A stretch of DNA of 64,000 nt from an uncultured Leptospirales bacterium (lineage in GTDB: Bacteria; Spirochaetota; UBA4802; UBA5550): contig CAYTNW010000002.1 of NCBI GenBank assembly GCA_964439325.1, positions 31,821 to 95,820 of the forward strand, written 5' to 3'. This document shows positions 10,976-20,860 of the stretch, in pieces. Made by a program: the position numbers and the translations under genes. Within the stretch, counting starts at the first letter, position 1. The number at the start of each line of letters is the position of its first letter. A model generated the notes under the pieces. That model was not told the origin of the DNA, did not search any database, and worked only from the letters and a program-made list of their open reading frames with translations.

Positions 10976-13153
10976 ATGAATGGAAAAATGGGTGTGATTT
11001 CAGATGATGTAAAAAAATGTGTAGATCAGGTGATAAAACATGTCGGGAAAGATATTAAACTCGGCATGACCCTTGCACTAGGCAAGCCTATAATAATAGC
11101 AAATGAGTTTTACAGACGGGCAAAGGAGGACCCGGAGATGAAACTCACAATAATTACGGCGCTGCCGCTAGAAAAGCCGCGGGGACATACCGATCTGGAG
11201 AAGAGATTTTTAAAACCGATTGCCGAGAGACTGTTTGAAGGAGTACTCGATTTTAATTTCATGCTCGACCTGAGAGACGGTAAACTGCCGGATAACGTTT
11301 CAATTTATGAATTCTTCATGAAAGCCGGCGCCAACCTTAATGAACCTCATGAGCAGATGCATTATATGTCGTCAAATTATACTCATTGCAGCCGCGATGC
11401 GATAGACTATGGATGCAATGTTTTTGCCCAGCTTATATCTGTAAAAAAAATAAACGGCAAAACTGCATATTCAATGGGGTGCAATACAGATATCTGCATA
11501 GAGTCACTTAACAGCATCAAGGTACATAGATCCCGCGGTGAGAAGGTTTCGGTCATAGCTGAGGCCAATGAAAATATGCCGTATATGTACGGGGACGCAG
11601 TGGTCAAAGCTGATGAGTATGATATAATACTTCAGGGTGAAAAATTCAATTATAAACTTTTCGGCGCTCCAAAGGACCCGGTTTCCCTGTCGGACCATAT
11701 GATAGGCATACATGTCAGCACACTTGTTAAAGATGGCGGAACTCTACAGGTAGGAATTGGCGCTCTCGGTGACGCGATAGTTGCCGGTCTCGATATGCGT
11801 AACCGTCATAACAAGACATATTGCGAAGTCCTTGAAAAAGCAGGGATATTAAACAGGTATCAGAACCTGATAAAAAAATGGGGTGATATCGGGACATTCA
11901 AGCAGGGTCTATACGGTTCATCGGAAATGTTTGTAGATGCTTTTATGCAGTTGTATAAAGAAAAAATATTGAAGCGCAAGGTTTTCGACAGTGTTCCAAT
12001 CATGAAGCTGATTAATAACGGCGAGCTCTCGGCGGATAAGATTCCTGCGAATATCATCGACAAGCTCATCAAAATGAAGGCTATTCAATCAAAAATCAGC
12101 GAAGAGGATTTTAAGTTTCTTACTGAGTTCGGAATACTGAAGAAGGGCCTGAAGTATGTCAAGGGTACGATAAAGGACGGCAAGCAGAGCTATCCCTGCG
12201 ATATGAATAATGCCGCTAACAGGACTAAAATTAAAAAAATTCTGGGTAAGGAGCTTCTTGGAGGTAAGGTCATACTGGGAGCGTTCTTTGTAGGCCCGCA
12301 GTCTTTTTACAAAGCACTGAACGATATGAGCGAGGAGGAGAGACAGCAGTTCGGAATGTCAGGTGTTGAAAATGTAAACCAGCTTTACGGAGCAGAGGAG
12401 CTTAGAAGGCTCCAGAGGAAGGACGGAAGATTTGTCAATACCGGTATGGTTGCGAACCTGTTCGGAGCCATAGCATCGGACCAGCTGCAGGATGGAAGGG
12501 TCGTGAGCGGAATCGGCGGCCAGTATAACTTTGTTTCTATGGCTCATGCTCTCGATGACGCAAGACTCATAATGATGATTAAAAGCACAAAGGGTATAGG
12601 TAAAGCGCTGAAGTCGAATATCGTATGGAGTTACGGCAGCTGCTCAATACCGAGACACTTAAGGGATATTATAGTTACGGAATACGGAATAGCTGATGTA
12701 AGGGGTAAACCTGATGAAGAGGTGATCATGGAGATGCTGAAAGTCGCCGATTCAAGATTCCAGAAGCAGCTCCTTGAGCAGGCAAAAAAGGCGAAAAAGA
12801 TACGCCAGGATTACGAGATCCCGGAGGAGTATACTCATAACACTCCTGAAAAAATCGCAAAACTTCTGAATCCGTACAAGGACCAGGGCCATTACTTTCA
12901 GCCGTTCCCGTTTGGAACTGATCTGACACCTGATGATATCGCGCTTGGAGGGTCGCTGAAGGTGCTGAAGGCGACTGCGGCAGGATATCCCGGGAAACTG
13001 ATAAAAGGTCTTCTTCTGGAACTGTTCAAACCGATACCTGCATCGGCTCAAAAACATATTGACCGGATGCAGCTGACAAATCCGGCATCTGTAAAAGAAC
13101 GGATAATGAGAAAAATGGTTGTTTTTGCTTTAAGAAACAATAACAGGCTGTAA
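10976..13153 (+). CDS. acetyl-CoA hydrolase/CoA-transferase family protein (unusually long, 725 aa)
   Basis: Overall resemblance to the family, including the SGIGGQYNFV motif region (family consensus GxGGQxDF). Confidence 0.7.
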   Translation: MNGKMGVISDDVKKCVDQVIKHVGKDIKLGMTLALGKPIIIANEFYRRAKEDPEMKLTIITALPLEKPRGHTDLEKRFLKPIAERLFEGVLDFNFMLDLRDGKLPDNVSIYEFFMKAGANLNEPHEQMHYMSSNYTHCSRDAIDYGCNVFAQLISVKKINGKTAYSMGCNTDICIESLNSIKVHRSRGEKVSVIAEANENMPYMYGDAVVKADEYDIILQGEKFNYKLFGAPKDPVSLSDHMIGIHVSTLVKDGGTLQVGIGALGDAIVAGLDMRNRHNKTYCEVLEKAGILNRYQNLIKKWGDIGTFKQGLYGSSEMFVDAFMQLYKEKILKRKVFDSVPIMKLINNGELSADKIPANIIDKLIKMKAIQSKISEEDFKFLTEFGILKKGLKYVKGTIKDGKQSYPCDMNNAANRTKIKKILGKELLGGKVILGAFFVGPQSFYKALNDMSEEERQQFGMSGVENVNQLYGAEELRRLQRKDGRFVNTGMVANLFGAIASDQLQDGRVVSGIGGQYNFVSMAHALDDARLIMMIKSTKGIGKALKSNIVWSYGSCSIPRHLRDIIVTEYGIADVRGKPDEEVIMEMLKVADSRFQKQLLEQAKKAKKIRQDYEIPEEYTHNTPEKIAKLLNPYKDQGHYFQPFPFGTDLTPDDIALGGSLKVLKATAAGYPGKLIKGLLLELFKPIPASAQKHIDRMQLTNPASVKERIMRKMVVFALRNNNRL

Positions 13154-13252
13154 AGGAAGATATACAGGTAATGTAAAAAAAAATTCCCGGAAATTTATCC
13201 GGGAATTTTTTTATCACTGATTGTAAAAGGGTCTCTTTTTTAAGCCGGAATC

Positions 13253-14932
13253 TTATTTTTTCAGCTGACTCTCCCTGACCGCAGTCGCCCTCTTAACGGC
13301 CTCTCCGAATGTAAGGCAGACATTCTCTGCTCCGATTCTGTCTACAAAACCGGCTTTTGTCATTGTTTTAAGCGGCTGTTCGTTCACACCTGAGAGAATC
13401 ATGGCTGTTCCGACCTCCTGGCATTTTGTAAACAGTCTTGTCAGCGCATGGAGTCCGGTGGCGTCCATAGCCGGGACGTATCTCATTCTTATAATAAGTA
13501 CAGGTACCGGGCGACGGTACTTCAGTGCGTTTTCAAGAAACTGGTCAGCGGCCCCGAAAAAGAACGGTCCGTTGATTTCGTAAATTCCGATCCCCTTCGG
13601 CAGGTGGATGTTTTCTCTTTCAAGGAAGAATTTCAGCTCGAGGTCATCATCATCTATCCTGTCGTGTGTAAATTTAAATCCTTCGTTTGTAACATCAGAC
13701 ATCCTCTTCATAAACAGCAGGGCTGCAAAAACCATCCCTATCTCTATTGCGACAACCAGATCAAGAAATACCGTTAAAAAGAAGGTTGTAAGAAGAACGG
13801 TGATGTCGCTCTTCGGGGCTTTAAGAAGGGCTCGGAAACTGTGCCATTCGCTCATGTTGTAGGCAACATTAACAAGAATCGCTGCAAGTGCGCACATCGG
13901 AATATATTTTGCGAGCGGCATAAAAGCCACCAGCATTATAAAGAGAACAACAGCATGAGTCATACCGGCTATCGGAGTCCTTCCCCCATTGTTGACATTG
14001 GCAGCGGTACGAGCAATCGCGCCTGTTGCCGGAAGTCCGCCGAAAATACCGGATGCGATGTTTGCGACACCTTGAGCCAGAAGCTCGGCGTTCGGCTTGT
14101 GGGAACCGCCGATCATACCATCAGCAACAACTGCAGATAAAAGAGATTCTATCGCTGCAAGCATGGCTATGGTCAGAGAAGGCATTAGAAGGAGATGAAT
14201 TTTTTCCACTGAAATATCGGGAAAAGACAATACCGGGAGAGAGGATGATATATTGCCGAATTTTGTGCCGATTGTTTCAACCGGTATATGAAAAAAGTAA
14301 ACAGCTGCTGAAGCGAGGATAACTGCAACCAGAGAACCTGGAATTTTACCTGTAATCTTCGTCCAGAAACGTATCAGTATAAATGAAATTAACGCGATTG
14401 CTGTCGCCCACATGTTGAAGGAGCCAGCGTTTGTTATGAATGCCTCCCACATCTGTACAAAACCGGAAGGTGATCCGGGAATAGCGAGACCGAAAAAATC
14501 CTTGATCTGGGTTGTAAATATTACTACAGCAATACCGCTTGTGAATCCTGTTGTTATAGGATACGGGATTAATCGTATGAATGTACCCATCTTTAGAAGG
14601 CCGAACAGAATGAGAAAAAATCCGGCCATAATAGTCGAAATTATCAATCCGTCGAATCCGTATTTCTGAATGATGCCGAGTACAATAATAACGAAAGCTC
14701 CGGTAGGACCGCCGATCTGAACACGGCTCCCCCCGAGAAATGAGATGAAAAAACCTGCGATAATCGCGGTGTGAAGACCTTTTTCAGGAGATGCACCTGA
14801 AGCGATAGCAAGGGCAATTGACAGCGGTAGAGCGATAATCGCAACCACAATCCCTGCTGTGATATCTTTCATAATCTGTTCACGAGTGTAGGTCTTCTTC
14901 TCCATAAGGACAAAAAACTTTGGTTTAAACAA
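13253..14932 (-). CDS. SulP-family anion (sulfate/bicarbonate) permease with C-terminal STAS domain
   Basis: 559 aa, many TM segments, and a STAS-like tail (PVLIIRMRYVPAMDATGLHAL). TTG start with GGAGG 8 nt upstream; alternative ATG at 14905. Confidence 0.9.
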   Translation of the reverse strand: MFKPKFFVLMEKKTYTREQIMKDITAGIVVAIIALPLSIALAIASGASPEKGLHTAIIAGFFISFLGGSRVQIGGPTGAFVIIVLGIIQKYGFDGLIISTIMAGFFLILFGLLKMGTFIRLIPYPITTGFTSGIAVVIFTTQIKDFFGLAIPGSPSGFVQMWEAFITNAGSFNMWATAIALISFILIRFWTKITGKIPGSLVAVILASAAVYFFHIPVETIGTKFGNISSSLPVLSFPDISVEKIHLLLMPSLTIAMLAAIESLLSAVVADGMIGGSHKPNAELLAQGVANIASGIFGGLPATGAIARTAANVNNGGRTPIAGMTHAVVLFIMLVAFMPLAKYIPMCALAAILVNVAYNMSEWHSFRALLKAPKSDITVLLTTFFLTVFLDLVVAIEIGMVFAALLFMKRMSDVTNEGFKFTHDRIDDDDLELKFFLERENIHLPKGIGIYEINGPFFFGAADQFLENALKYRRPVPVLIIRMRYVPAMDATGLHALTRLFTKCQEVGTAMILSGVNEQPLKTMTKAGFVDRIGAENVCLTFGEAVKRATAVRESQLKK

Positions 14933-15041
14933 TTTATATGCCTCCGGGAAGTATTAAAAATTGTGTACCATCTTAAACTCCATATCTGTATGTCAAATAA
15001 GTTTTGGAAAAAATTTATAGATGGCATCTTTTAATGAGAGC

Positions 15042-15312
15042 TATAGCATTTTAGGATTGAATTAAAGCAAAGTGTAACTGAGAGGCATGTAATGCCGTGG
15101 CCGGCTTTTTCAAAATATCCTGTTTAGCCAGGGCTCTTCCGATGGTCGTGTGCCGGCAGGCGAACATCGTTTTCGCTCGCAGTCTGTTTTGTTAAATGCC
15201 GGTTTTATTAGATGGAACCGATTGTGTTATAAAACAGATTGTTTCACGGAGTTTATCCTGAGCCTGTCGAAGGGTTCGCAATGACATGCTAATCCTTTCT
15301 TAAAGCTCTATA
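15042..15312. mobile_element. MITE-like non-coding element A with TATAGC-type terminal inverted repeats
   Basis: Left end tatagcattttaggattgaatta. Right end reverse complement tatagagctttaagaaaggatta. The interior carries GC-rich palindromic units (agccagggctcttcc..., ...cgaagggttcgcaatgac) shared with element B at 28174. Confidence 0.5.
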
Positions 15313-15330
15313 GTTAAATTGAATCACCAA

Positions 15331-16569
15331 TCAGATTACGGAAATTTGTATATACAGGACAAAAACTGAAAGCAGCAGTGTGAGAATTGTAACGGTTAGG
15401 CCCGCTTTAAGGAATTCGAAAAAGGATATATGCACGTCCTGTTTCTTAGCAGATTCAATTACGATAATATTCGCCATCGCGCCGAAAATCGTTGCGTTAC
15501 CGGCGATCGTTGATGCCGAAGCCAGCGACAGCCATATGATATCGCTGCCAGTATTTTTCAGTATAGGTATCATAAGTATAGTGTAAGGCACGTTGCTGAC
15601 TATCTGTGACAGTACCAGGCTTATACCGTGGATCACTCCGATTCCGTGAAGATCCGGTGTTATGCTGTACGCGTTGATTATATGCTGGATAATGCCGGTT
15701 TTTTCAATGCCACGTACCACGATGAAAAGCGTTGAGAAAAAGAGGATCAGAACCCAGTCGATATTCTTAATAATTTCAGAGGGCTTGATCTTCCCGAAGA
15801 TAAGGATCAGCGAAGCTCCTATCAGCGAGATGACCGGTATTGACAGGCCCAGTTTTCCGTTTATGAAGAACATGACGATTACAAGTACGAAAATGGGGGC
15901 GGAGAATTCCATCGAAAGGTAGTTGTACTGATATGATCCTGAATGGGGATCGACGGGATTAATCTTTCCGAAGTTGGCGGGATAAAGAAATTTCAGAATA
16001 AAGTAAATTATTATCATCCCGATTATCGATACCGGCATAATGTGAAGCATGAACTTGTAGTACGATATACCCGAATTGATCCCTATCAGCATATTCTGCG
16101 GATTTCCTGTTATCGTCATGGCGCTTCCTGTATTAGAAGCGAGGATCTCCGCGATCAGGTATGGTACCGGATTTATCTTCGAATCGCGGCAGATTGATAT
16201 TACCACCGGAGTGTATAATAATACTACTGCGTCATTCACAAGGAAGGCGCTTGAAATGCCTGTGGTGAATATAATTATCAGAAGAAGCCTTCTTTCGTTT
16301 TTTGCCAGGGTTATGGTTTTGTTGGCGATAAACGAAAAAAAACCGTCCAGTTCAAGAACAGTAATAATCACCATCATTCCTATGAGCAGGCTGATAGTGT
16401 TGAAATCTATAGCACTTATAGCTTCATCAAACGTGAGGACGCCGAAAACTATCATTGCCACAGAGCCGAAAAATGACGCCGAGGGCCTGTCGATGTTAAT
16501 ACCGGGAAGGCTTGTAAAAATAATCCCGATATAAGTTATTATAAATATTACCGCTGCCGTTGTTATCAT
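15331..16569 (-). CDS. ArsB/NhaD-superfamily anion permease (YbiR/citrate-transporter-like)
   Basis: 412 aa, ~11 TM. Contains the TGNPQNMLIG motif typical of this superfamily. Confidence 0.75.
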   Translation of the reverse strand: MITTAAVIFIITYIGIIFTSLPGINIDRPSASFFGSVAMIVFGVLTFDEAISAIDFNTISLLIGMMVIITVLELDGFFSFIANKTITLAKNERRLLLIIIFTTGISSAFLVNDAVVLLYTPVVISICRDSKINPVPYLIAEILASNTGSAMTITGNPQNMLIGINSGISYYKFMLHIMPVSIIGMIIIYFILKFLYPANFGKINPVDPHSGSYQYNYLSMEFSAPIFVLVIVMFFINGKLGLSIPVISLIGASLILIFGKIKPSEIIKNIDWVLILFFSTLFIVVRGIEKTGIIQHIINAYSITPDLHGIGVIHGISLVLSQIVSNVPYTILMIPILKNTGSDIIWLSLASASTIAGNATIFGAMANIIVIESAKKQDVHISFFEFLKAGLTVTILTLLLSVFVLYIQISVI

Positions 16570-16805
16570 TTTACGCTACTTTATAATGCTCTGACCCTGC
16601 ATTTATCAGTTTTATCAGAAGAAACTGAACAAAAAAACGGTACAGGATAGAATAAAACCTTTATATTCATGATTTTAATAATCCCGGAAGAGCATTTATT
16701 GTCAAATATTATTGACAGCAGAGATAATATTATGTCATATTAGCATGATTCTTTCTGTAAATATGCCGATAATTAAGATATAAAACTAAATGAGCTGGTA
16801 TAAGG

Positions 16806-18827
16806 GTGATGAGAGTTAAAAAGATCTTTCTTCTTTTCTATGTCCTTCTGTTCACATTGACGCCGCTGGTTTCTCTGTATCCCGCTGTAAATCCGGCAAA
16901 GTTTGAAACCGCGAAAGACTATTTCAGAAAGGGAGTGGTTTATTTTAACAATATGCAGTACCTGGCGGCTGCGGATTTCTTCAGAAAGGCAGTTCAGGAA
17001 TACCCCGACTATTATACGGCCAGAGATTATCTTGCCCGTTCATATAAACTTTCCGGCTTTAAAGAGAACGCCCTGTCCGAACTTAAAAAAACCCTTGAGA
17101 TATATCCGGACAATATCGCGATAAAGAACAGGATTGAGAGCCTGCACTTCCGGAACGCATACAGCGGCAAAGATCAGAACCTGAATTATCTCCTTCAGAG
17201 CGAATACAGGTCGCCGGAGATGGGTAATTTCACTTTCCCAGATGCTGCCGACATGGCCGTTGACGGGGAGAGAAATCTTTACATAACATCCTTCTCGTCA
17301 TCGAAAGTAGTCAGGATAGATCCGAACGGAAAGGGGGAGGAGATCATAAGGCCCGGTTTCGGAGGCGGCCTTTACGGTATAGATTTTTTCAACAAAACGC
17401 TGGTTATTTCAGATTTTAAAGGGGATATGATCTACATCTGTTCCGATAAAGGTAAGATTCTGAAAAAATTCGGCGGCACAGGCAACGGCGAGGGTATGTT
17501 TCACGGCCCGAAGGGTGTCTGCTTTGACGGTAAGGGATTTCTTTATGTTGTCGACGGCGGGAATTACAGGGTGCAGAAGTTTGATACTTCTGGCCGTTTT
17601 ATACTGAGTTTCGGAAAAATGGGGGATTATGAGAGCGAACTCTCCAATCCGACAGACATTGCGGTACTCGGTGAAAATGTTTATGTAACCGATACTGCCA
17701 ACAAAAAGATTGTGGTATTCGATCAGTACGGTAATTATATAAAAGAGATTTTCATCGATGAGATACTGTCTCCGCGGGGGATATCGGTTAAGGGGAATAA
17801 TCTTGTTATCTCGGACGAGAAATCGGGCATTGTTTTTTACGATACCGTAACCGGCGCAAAGAAAGTTTTTAATTCATGGGATAATGACAGGAGACTGAAC
17901 AGACCCCTCTCGTCAATTTTCGATCAGGACGGTTTTTTCTACGTGCTGGAATCGAAACCTAACTGCATATACTGCTATTCGCCGGCGGAGAAGCAGTATA
18001 CCAACCTTGAGCTGGAAATCACATCCGTTGACGCGGCAAGTTTTCCGGTTGTGGCATTTTATGTCAATGTGAAGGGGAGGGACGGGAGAGCAGTTTACGG
18101 GCTGCGTCCCGAAAACTTCAGCATCACCGAGGACAACTCTGAGATAGCGAGCTTTCAGACTGATTATCTGAAAAGCAGGGCAACTACTGCCTCTTTTGTT
18201 CTCGCTGTGGACCGCTCCCAGGGGATGAGCGGCTCCCATAAAGATCTTCCGTGGCTTGCTGAGTTCATACTCCGTGTAATGAAAAAAAATGACAGCGTTG
18301 AACTCCTGAATTTTAACGAACAGGTATGGCCCGGCAACAATTTTGACTGGAGCAGGAGAAGGACCCTTGCCGCACTTGACAAGATGGAGTACGGTAACGG
18401 CAGACAGACCGGAGCTGCGTTGTACCAGGCGATCTCGGACCTCATTCCGAGACCGGACAGAAGGGGTGTTGTGCTGATTACCGACGGCAGTCTGAACGAT
18501 GATTCGTTTAAACAGTATTCCCCAGATACTATAATAAGCTACGCGAATGAACATTATATTCCGGTCTACATAATATCGCTGAAAAATGCCGACCCGGAGC
18601 TGGGAAGAATCGCTGCCGAAACCGGCGGAAAAGTGATAAGACCCTCCGAGATAGAGAGCCTGAGAAAGATTTACGCCAGCGTAAAAACTTCGGAAGAGTA
18701 CAGGTATGTGCTTGTCTATAATACCTACAAGCTACCATCTTTCAAGGGATGGTGGGTCGATGTAAAACTAGAGGTTAAATATAAAGGTCAGACCGGTAAC
18801 GAGTGGGGTGGATATTTTGTACCATAA
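16806..18827 (+). CDS. secreted TPR + NHL-like beta-propeller + vWA-like domain protein
   Basis: Signal peptide, TPR segment (YFNNMQYLAAADFFRKAVQEYPDYYTARDYLARSY), repeated NHL-like blades (LYVVDGGNYRVQKFD, VYVTDTANKKIVVFD), and C-terminal FVLAVDRSQGMSG...VVLITDG (vWA-like). Confidence 0.75.
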   Translation: MMRVKKIFLLFYVLLFTLTPLVSLYPAVNPAKFETAKDYFRKGVVYFNNMQYLAAADFFRKAVQEYPDYYTARDYLARSYKLSGFKENALSELKKTLEIYPDNIAIKNRIESLHFRNAYSGKDQNLNYLLQSEYRSPEMGNFTFPDAADMAVDGERNLYITSFSSSKVVRIDPNGKGEEIIRPGFGGGLYGIDFFNKTLVISDFKGDMIYICSDKGKILKKFGGTGNGEGMFHGPKGVCFDGKGFLYVVDGGNYRVQKFDTSGRFILSFGKMGDYESELSNPTDIAVLGENVYVTDTANKKIVVFDQYGNYIKEIFIDEILSPRGISVKGNNLVISDEKSGIVFYDTVTGAKKVFNSWDNDRRLNRPLSSIFDQDGFFYVLESKPNCIYCYSPAEKQYTNLELEITSVDAASFPVVAFYVNVKGRDGRAVYGLRPENFSITEDNSEIASFQTDYLKSRATTASFVLAVDRSQGMSGSHKDLPWLAEFILRVMKKNDSVELLNFNEQVWPGNNFDWSRRRTLAALDKMEYGNGRQTGAALYQAISDLIPRPDRRGVVLITDGSLNDDSFKQYSPDTIISYANEHYIPVYIISLKNADPELGRIAAETGGKVIRPSEIESLRKIYASVKTSEEYRYVLVYNTYKLPSFKGWWVDVKLEVKYKGQTGNEWGGYFVP

Positions 18828-18837
18828 CAGCGACAGA

Positions 18838-19464
18838 ATGTTTAATGCACGAAAGAACATGGTGATAAAACTGGCGGAGAAGGGGATATCCTCCGGATCG
18901 GTTCTTGACGCAATGATGAGGGTCCCGAGAGACCAGTTTATATCTGAAGCGCTCTGCTACAGGGCTTATGACGACACGTCTCTGCCGATAGGATTCGGTC
19001 AGACCATCTCCACTCCTTCGATAGTCGCTTCGATGGTCCAGTCACTCAGACTTACCGGAGACGAGAAGGTTCTTGAGATAGGTTCAGGTTCTGGATACCA
19101 GGCTGCGGTCCTGGCGGAACTGGCAGGTGAGGTCACCGCGATGGAGCGTATACGGGAACTTGCCGAGCGGTCGAGGATGGTACTGTCCGGTCTCGGATAT
19201 AATGTAAAGATCATCAACGGCGACAATTTTAATGACATAGACAGTGTTTTTGACAGAATCATAGTATCTGCCGGTGTGAGAATTTTTCCCGCGGATCTTC
19301 TTGCCAAGCTGAATAACGGCGGCATTCTCGTTATACCGGTAGATGAAAGCGGAACTAATCACCAGATAAAAAGGTTCGTTAAAAAAAGCGAGACCGATTT
19401 TTTTGAGGAGATTATCGGAAGGGCTACATTCGTCCCGTATATAATGAACGAGAATATTGTCTGA
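18838..19464 (+). CDS. pcm: protein-L-isoaspartate O-methyltransferase
   Basis: VLDAMMRVPRDQF, QTISTPSIVA, and SAM motif VLEIGSGSGYQAAVLA. The tracked ORF begins at GTG 18808, overlapping the upstream gene; ATG 18838 fits the family N-terminus. Confidence 0.85.
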   Translation: MFNARKNMVIKLAEKGISSGSVLDAMMRVPRDQFISEALCYRAYDDTSLPIGFGQTISTPSIVASMVQSLRLTGDEKVLEIGSGSGYQAAVLAELAGEVTAMERIRELAERSRMVLSGLGYNVKIINGDNFNDIDSVFDRIIVSAGVRIFPADLLAKLNNGGILVIPVDESGTNHQIKRFVKKSETDFFEEIIGRATFVPYIMNENIV

Positions 19465-19484
19465 GGATTAAATGTTCAGACGCG

Positions 19485-20435
19485 TCAGTCCTGCAGTATC
19501 AAATCGGTGATCCAGTTTATCGATTTGATTAATTGCGCTTCACCGCCTGCTTCATTTGCGCCGTCAGGATAAACCTCAATTGTTTTCTCGCTCTGCACAT
19601 TATTAAAAAGGCCCATTACGCATTCCGGAGGAGATATCGTGTCTTTCAGTCCCGATACGAACAGCACCGGGCATGTGATACTGTGAGAGAAATTTATTAT
19701 ATCGAAATACGTGAGGTTCTTTTTAATCTGGGACTTTTTCGCCTTCTGCACCATTATTATATCGTTGATCTCACGCGACGTGTCGCTCTGTGAAATGTTC
19801 TGTGACAGGGGCAGATCGCAGAATAGCGGTGAGTCCATTACGATAGCTCCGACTCTTGACGAAAAGACAGCGGTGAAGAAACCTGCCGCGGCGCCGAAGC
19901 CCTTGCCGTAGATACCTATTTTGCTGCAGTCTATGAAGTTTACAAGACGGAGAAAGTCTATCGACCTGTAAACATCGAGAAACACCGAACGGGCATAATA
20001 GGTTTCCATGTCGATTATATTTTCAACGATAAAACCGAGAGGTTTATTCAGAGCCATTTCCTCTTCGGTTCTGTTTTCGATGATATCGTGGCCTCTGAGC
20101 ACCAGAAAGAGATGAGCGGTTTTATCGGAGAGGACTTTGACGATATTTTTGTCGGGATACCTGTTATAATCATGCAGGTGAATGATTACACGGCTCTTCT
20201 CCTGCTTTTTAGGCACATAGAGAACGCCGCGGATTCTCGCTTTCAGGAATCCGTTGTATGATATATTATATGCCTTGAATTTTGAAGTATACTTCTTATG
20301 ATTATCCGTGATTTCCGGTTCAATGGAAACCTTTTTAATATCTGAAATTGATTTATCCCAGAATTTATCAAAATCCGGTTCCCGTGTCAGTTTAGGCAAA
20401 TTCCAGAAATATTTATCGAATGCTTTTATCGCCAT
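19485..20435 (-). CDS. acetyl-xylan-esterase (CE7/AXE1)-like alpha/beta-fold protein, catalytic residues apparently lost
   Basis: The N-terminus (EPDFDKFWDKS...) is family-like. The nucleophile elbow reads GKGFGA instead of GxSQGG, and the C-terminal His context reads YPDGANEAGG. Confidence 0.65.
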   Translation of the reverse strand: MAIKAFDKYFWNLPKLTREPDFDKFWDKSISDIKKVSIEPEITDNHKKYTSKFKAYNISYNGFLKARIRGVLYVPKKQEKSRVIIHLHDYNRYPDKNIVKVLSDKTAHLFLVLRGHDIIENRTEEEMALNKPLGFIVENIIDMETYYARSVFLDVYRSIDFLRLVNFIDCSKIGIYGKGFGAAAGFFTAVFSSRVGAIVMDSPLFCDLPLSQNISQSDTSREINDIIMVQKAKKSQIKKNLTYFDIINFSHSITCPVLFVSGLKDTISPPECVMGLFNNVQSEKTIEVYPDGANEAGGEAQLIKSINWITDLILQD

Positions 20436-20437
20436 AT

Positions 20438-20860
20438 TTATGCACCGCCTGCTATTCTATGCAGATGATAGTAGTTTGAGCTGAAAAGAAAATAAATGAT
20501 AATGAGCATTAAAGATATGAGCAGGAGAACAAAGATAAAAAAACCGGAATACTGGAAAGGCCTCAGAAGAACATATTTGATAATGGATAATACGCTCTCT
20601 CCGTCTCTGTGCCGCGTACGTACTTTCAGATATAATAAAACCGTAAGTATTGAAACCATAAAAAATACAGCGGTATATTTAAAGACAATATTAAAGATGT
20701 CGACATTACGTATTGAATAGTATGTGAGCGGAAAGAATATCAGGTCTGCCAGAACCAGTGCCAGTATCAGGGCTATCAGCGTAAAGAAAGAAATCGAGGA
20801 TAGTTCTTTCATTTTACCCTTCAGAGTGCCGTTTTCAAAACTGTTTTTTCCGTCATTCAT
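20438..20860 (-). CDS. small integral membrane protein (3-4 TM)
   Basis: ATG at 20860 (MNDGKNSFENG...) overlaps the stop of the upstream HEAT gene by 8 nt. The longer tracked ORF (to 20977) lies inside the HEAT gene. Confidence 0.5.
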   Translation of the reverse strand: MNDGKNSFENGTLKGKMKELSSISFFTLIALILALVLADLIFFPLTYYSIRNVDIFNIVFKYTAVFFMVSILTVLLYLKVRTRHRDGESVLSIIKYVLLRPFQYSGFFIFVLLLISLMLIIIYFLFSSNYYHLHRIAGGA

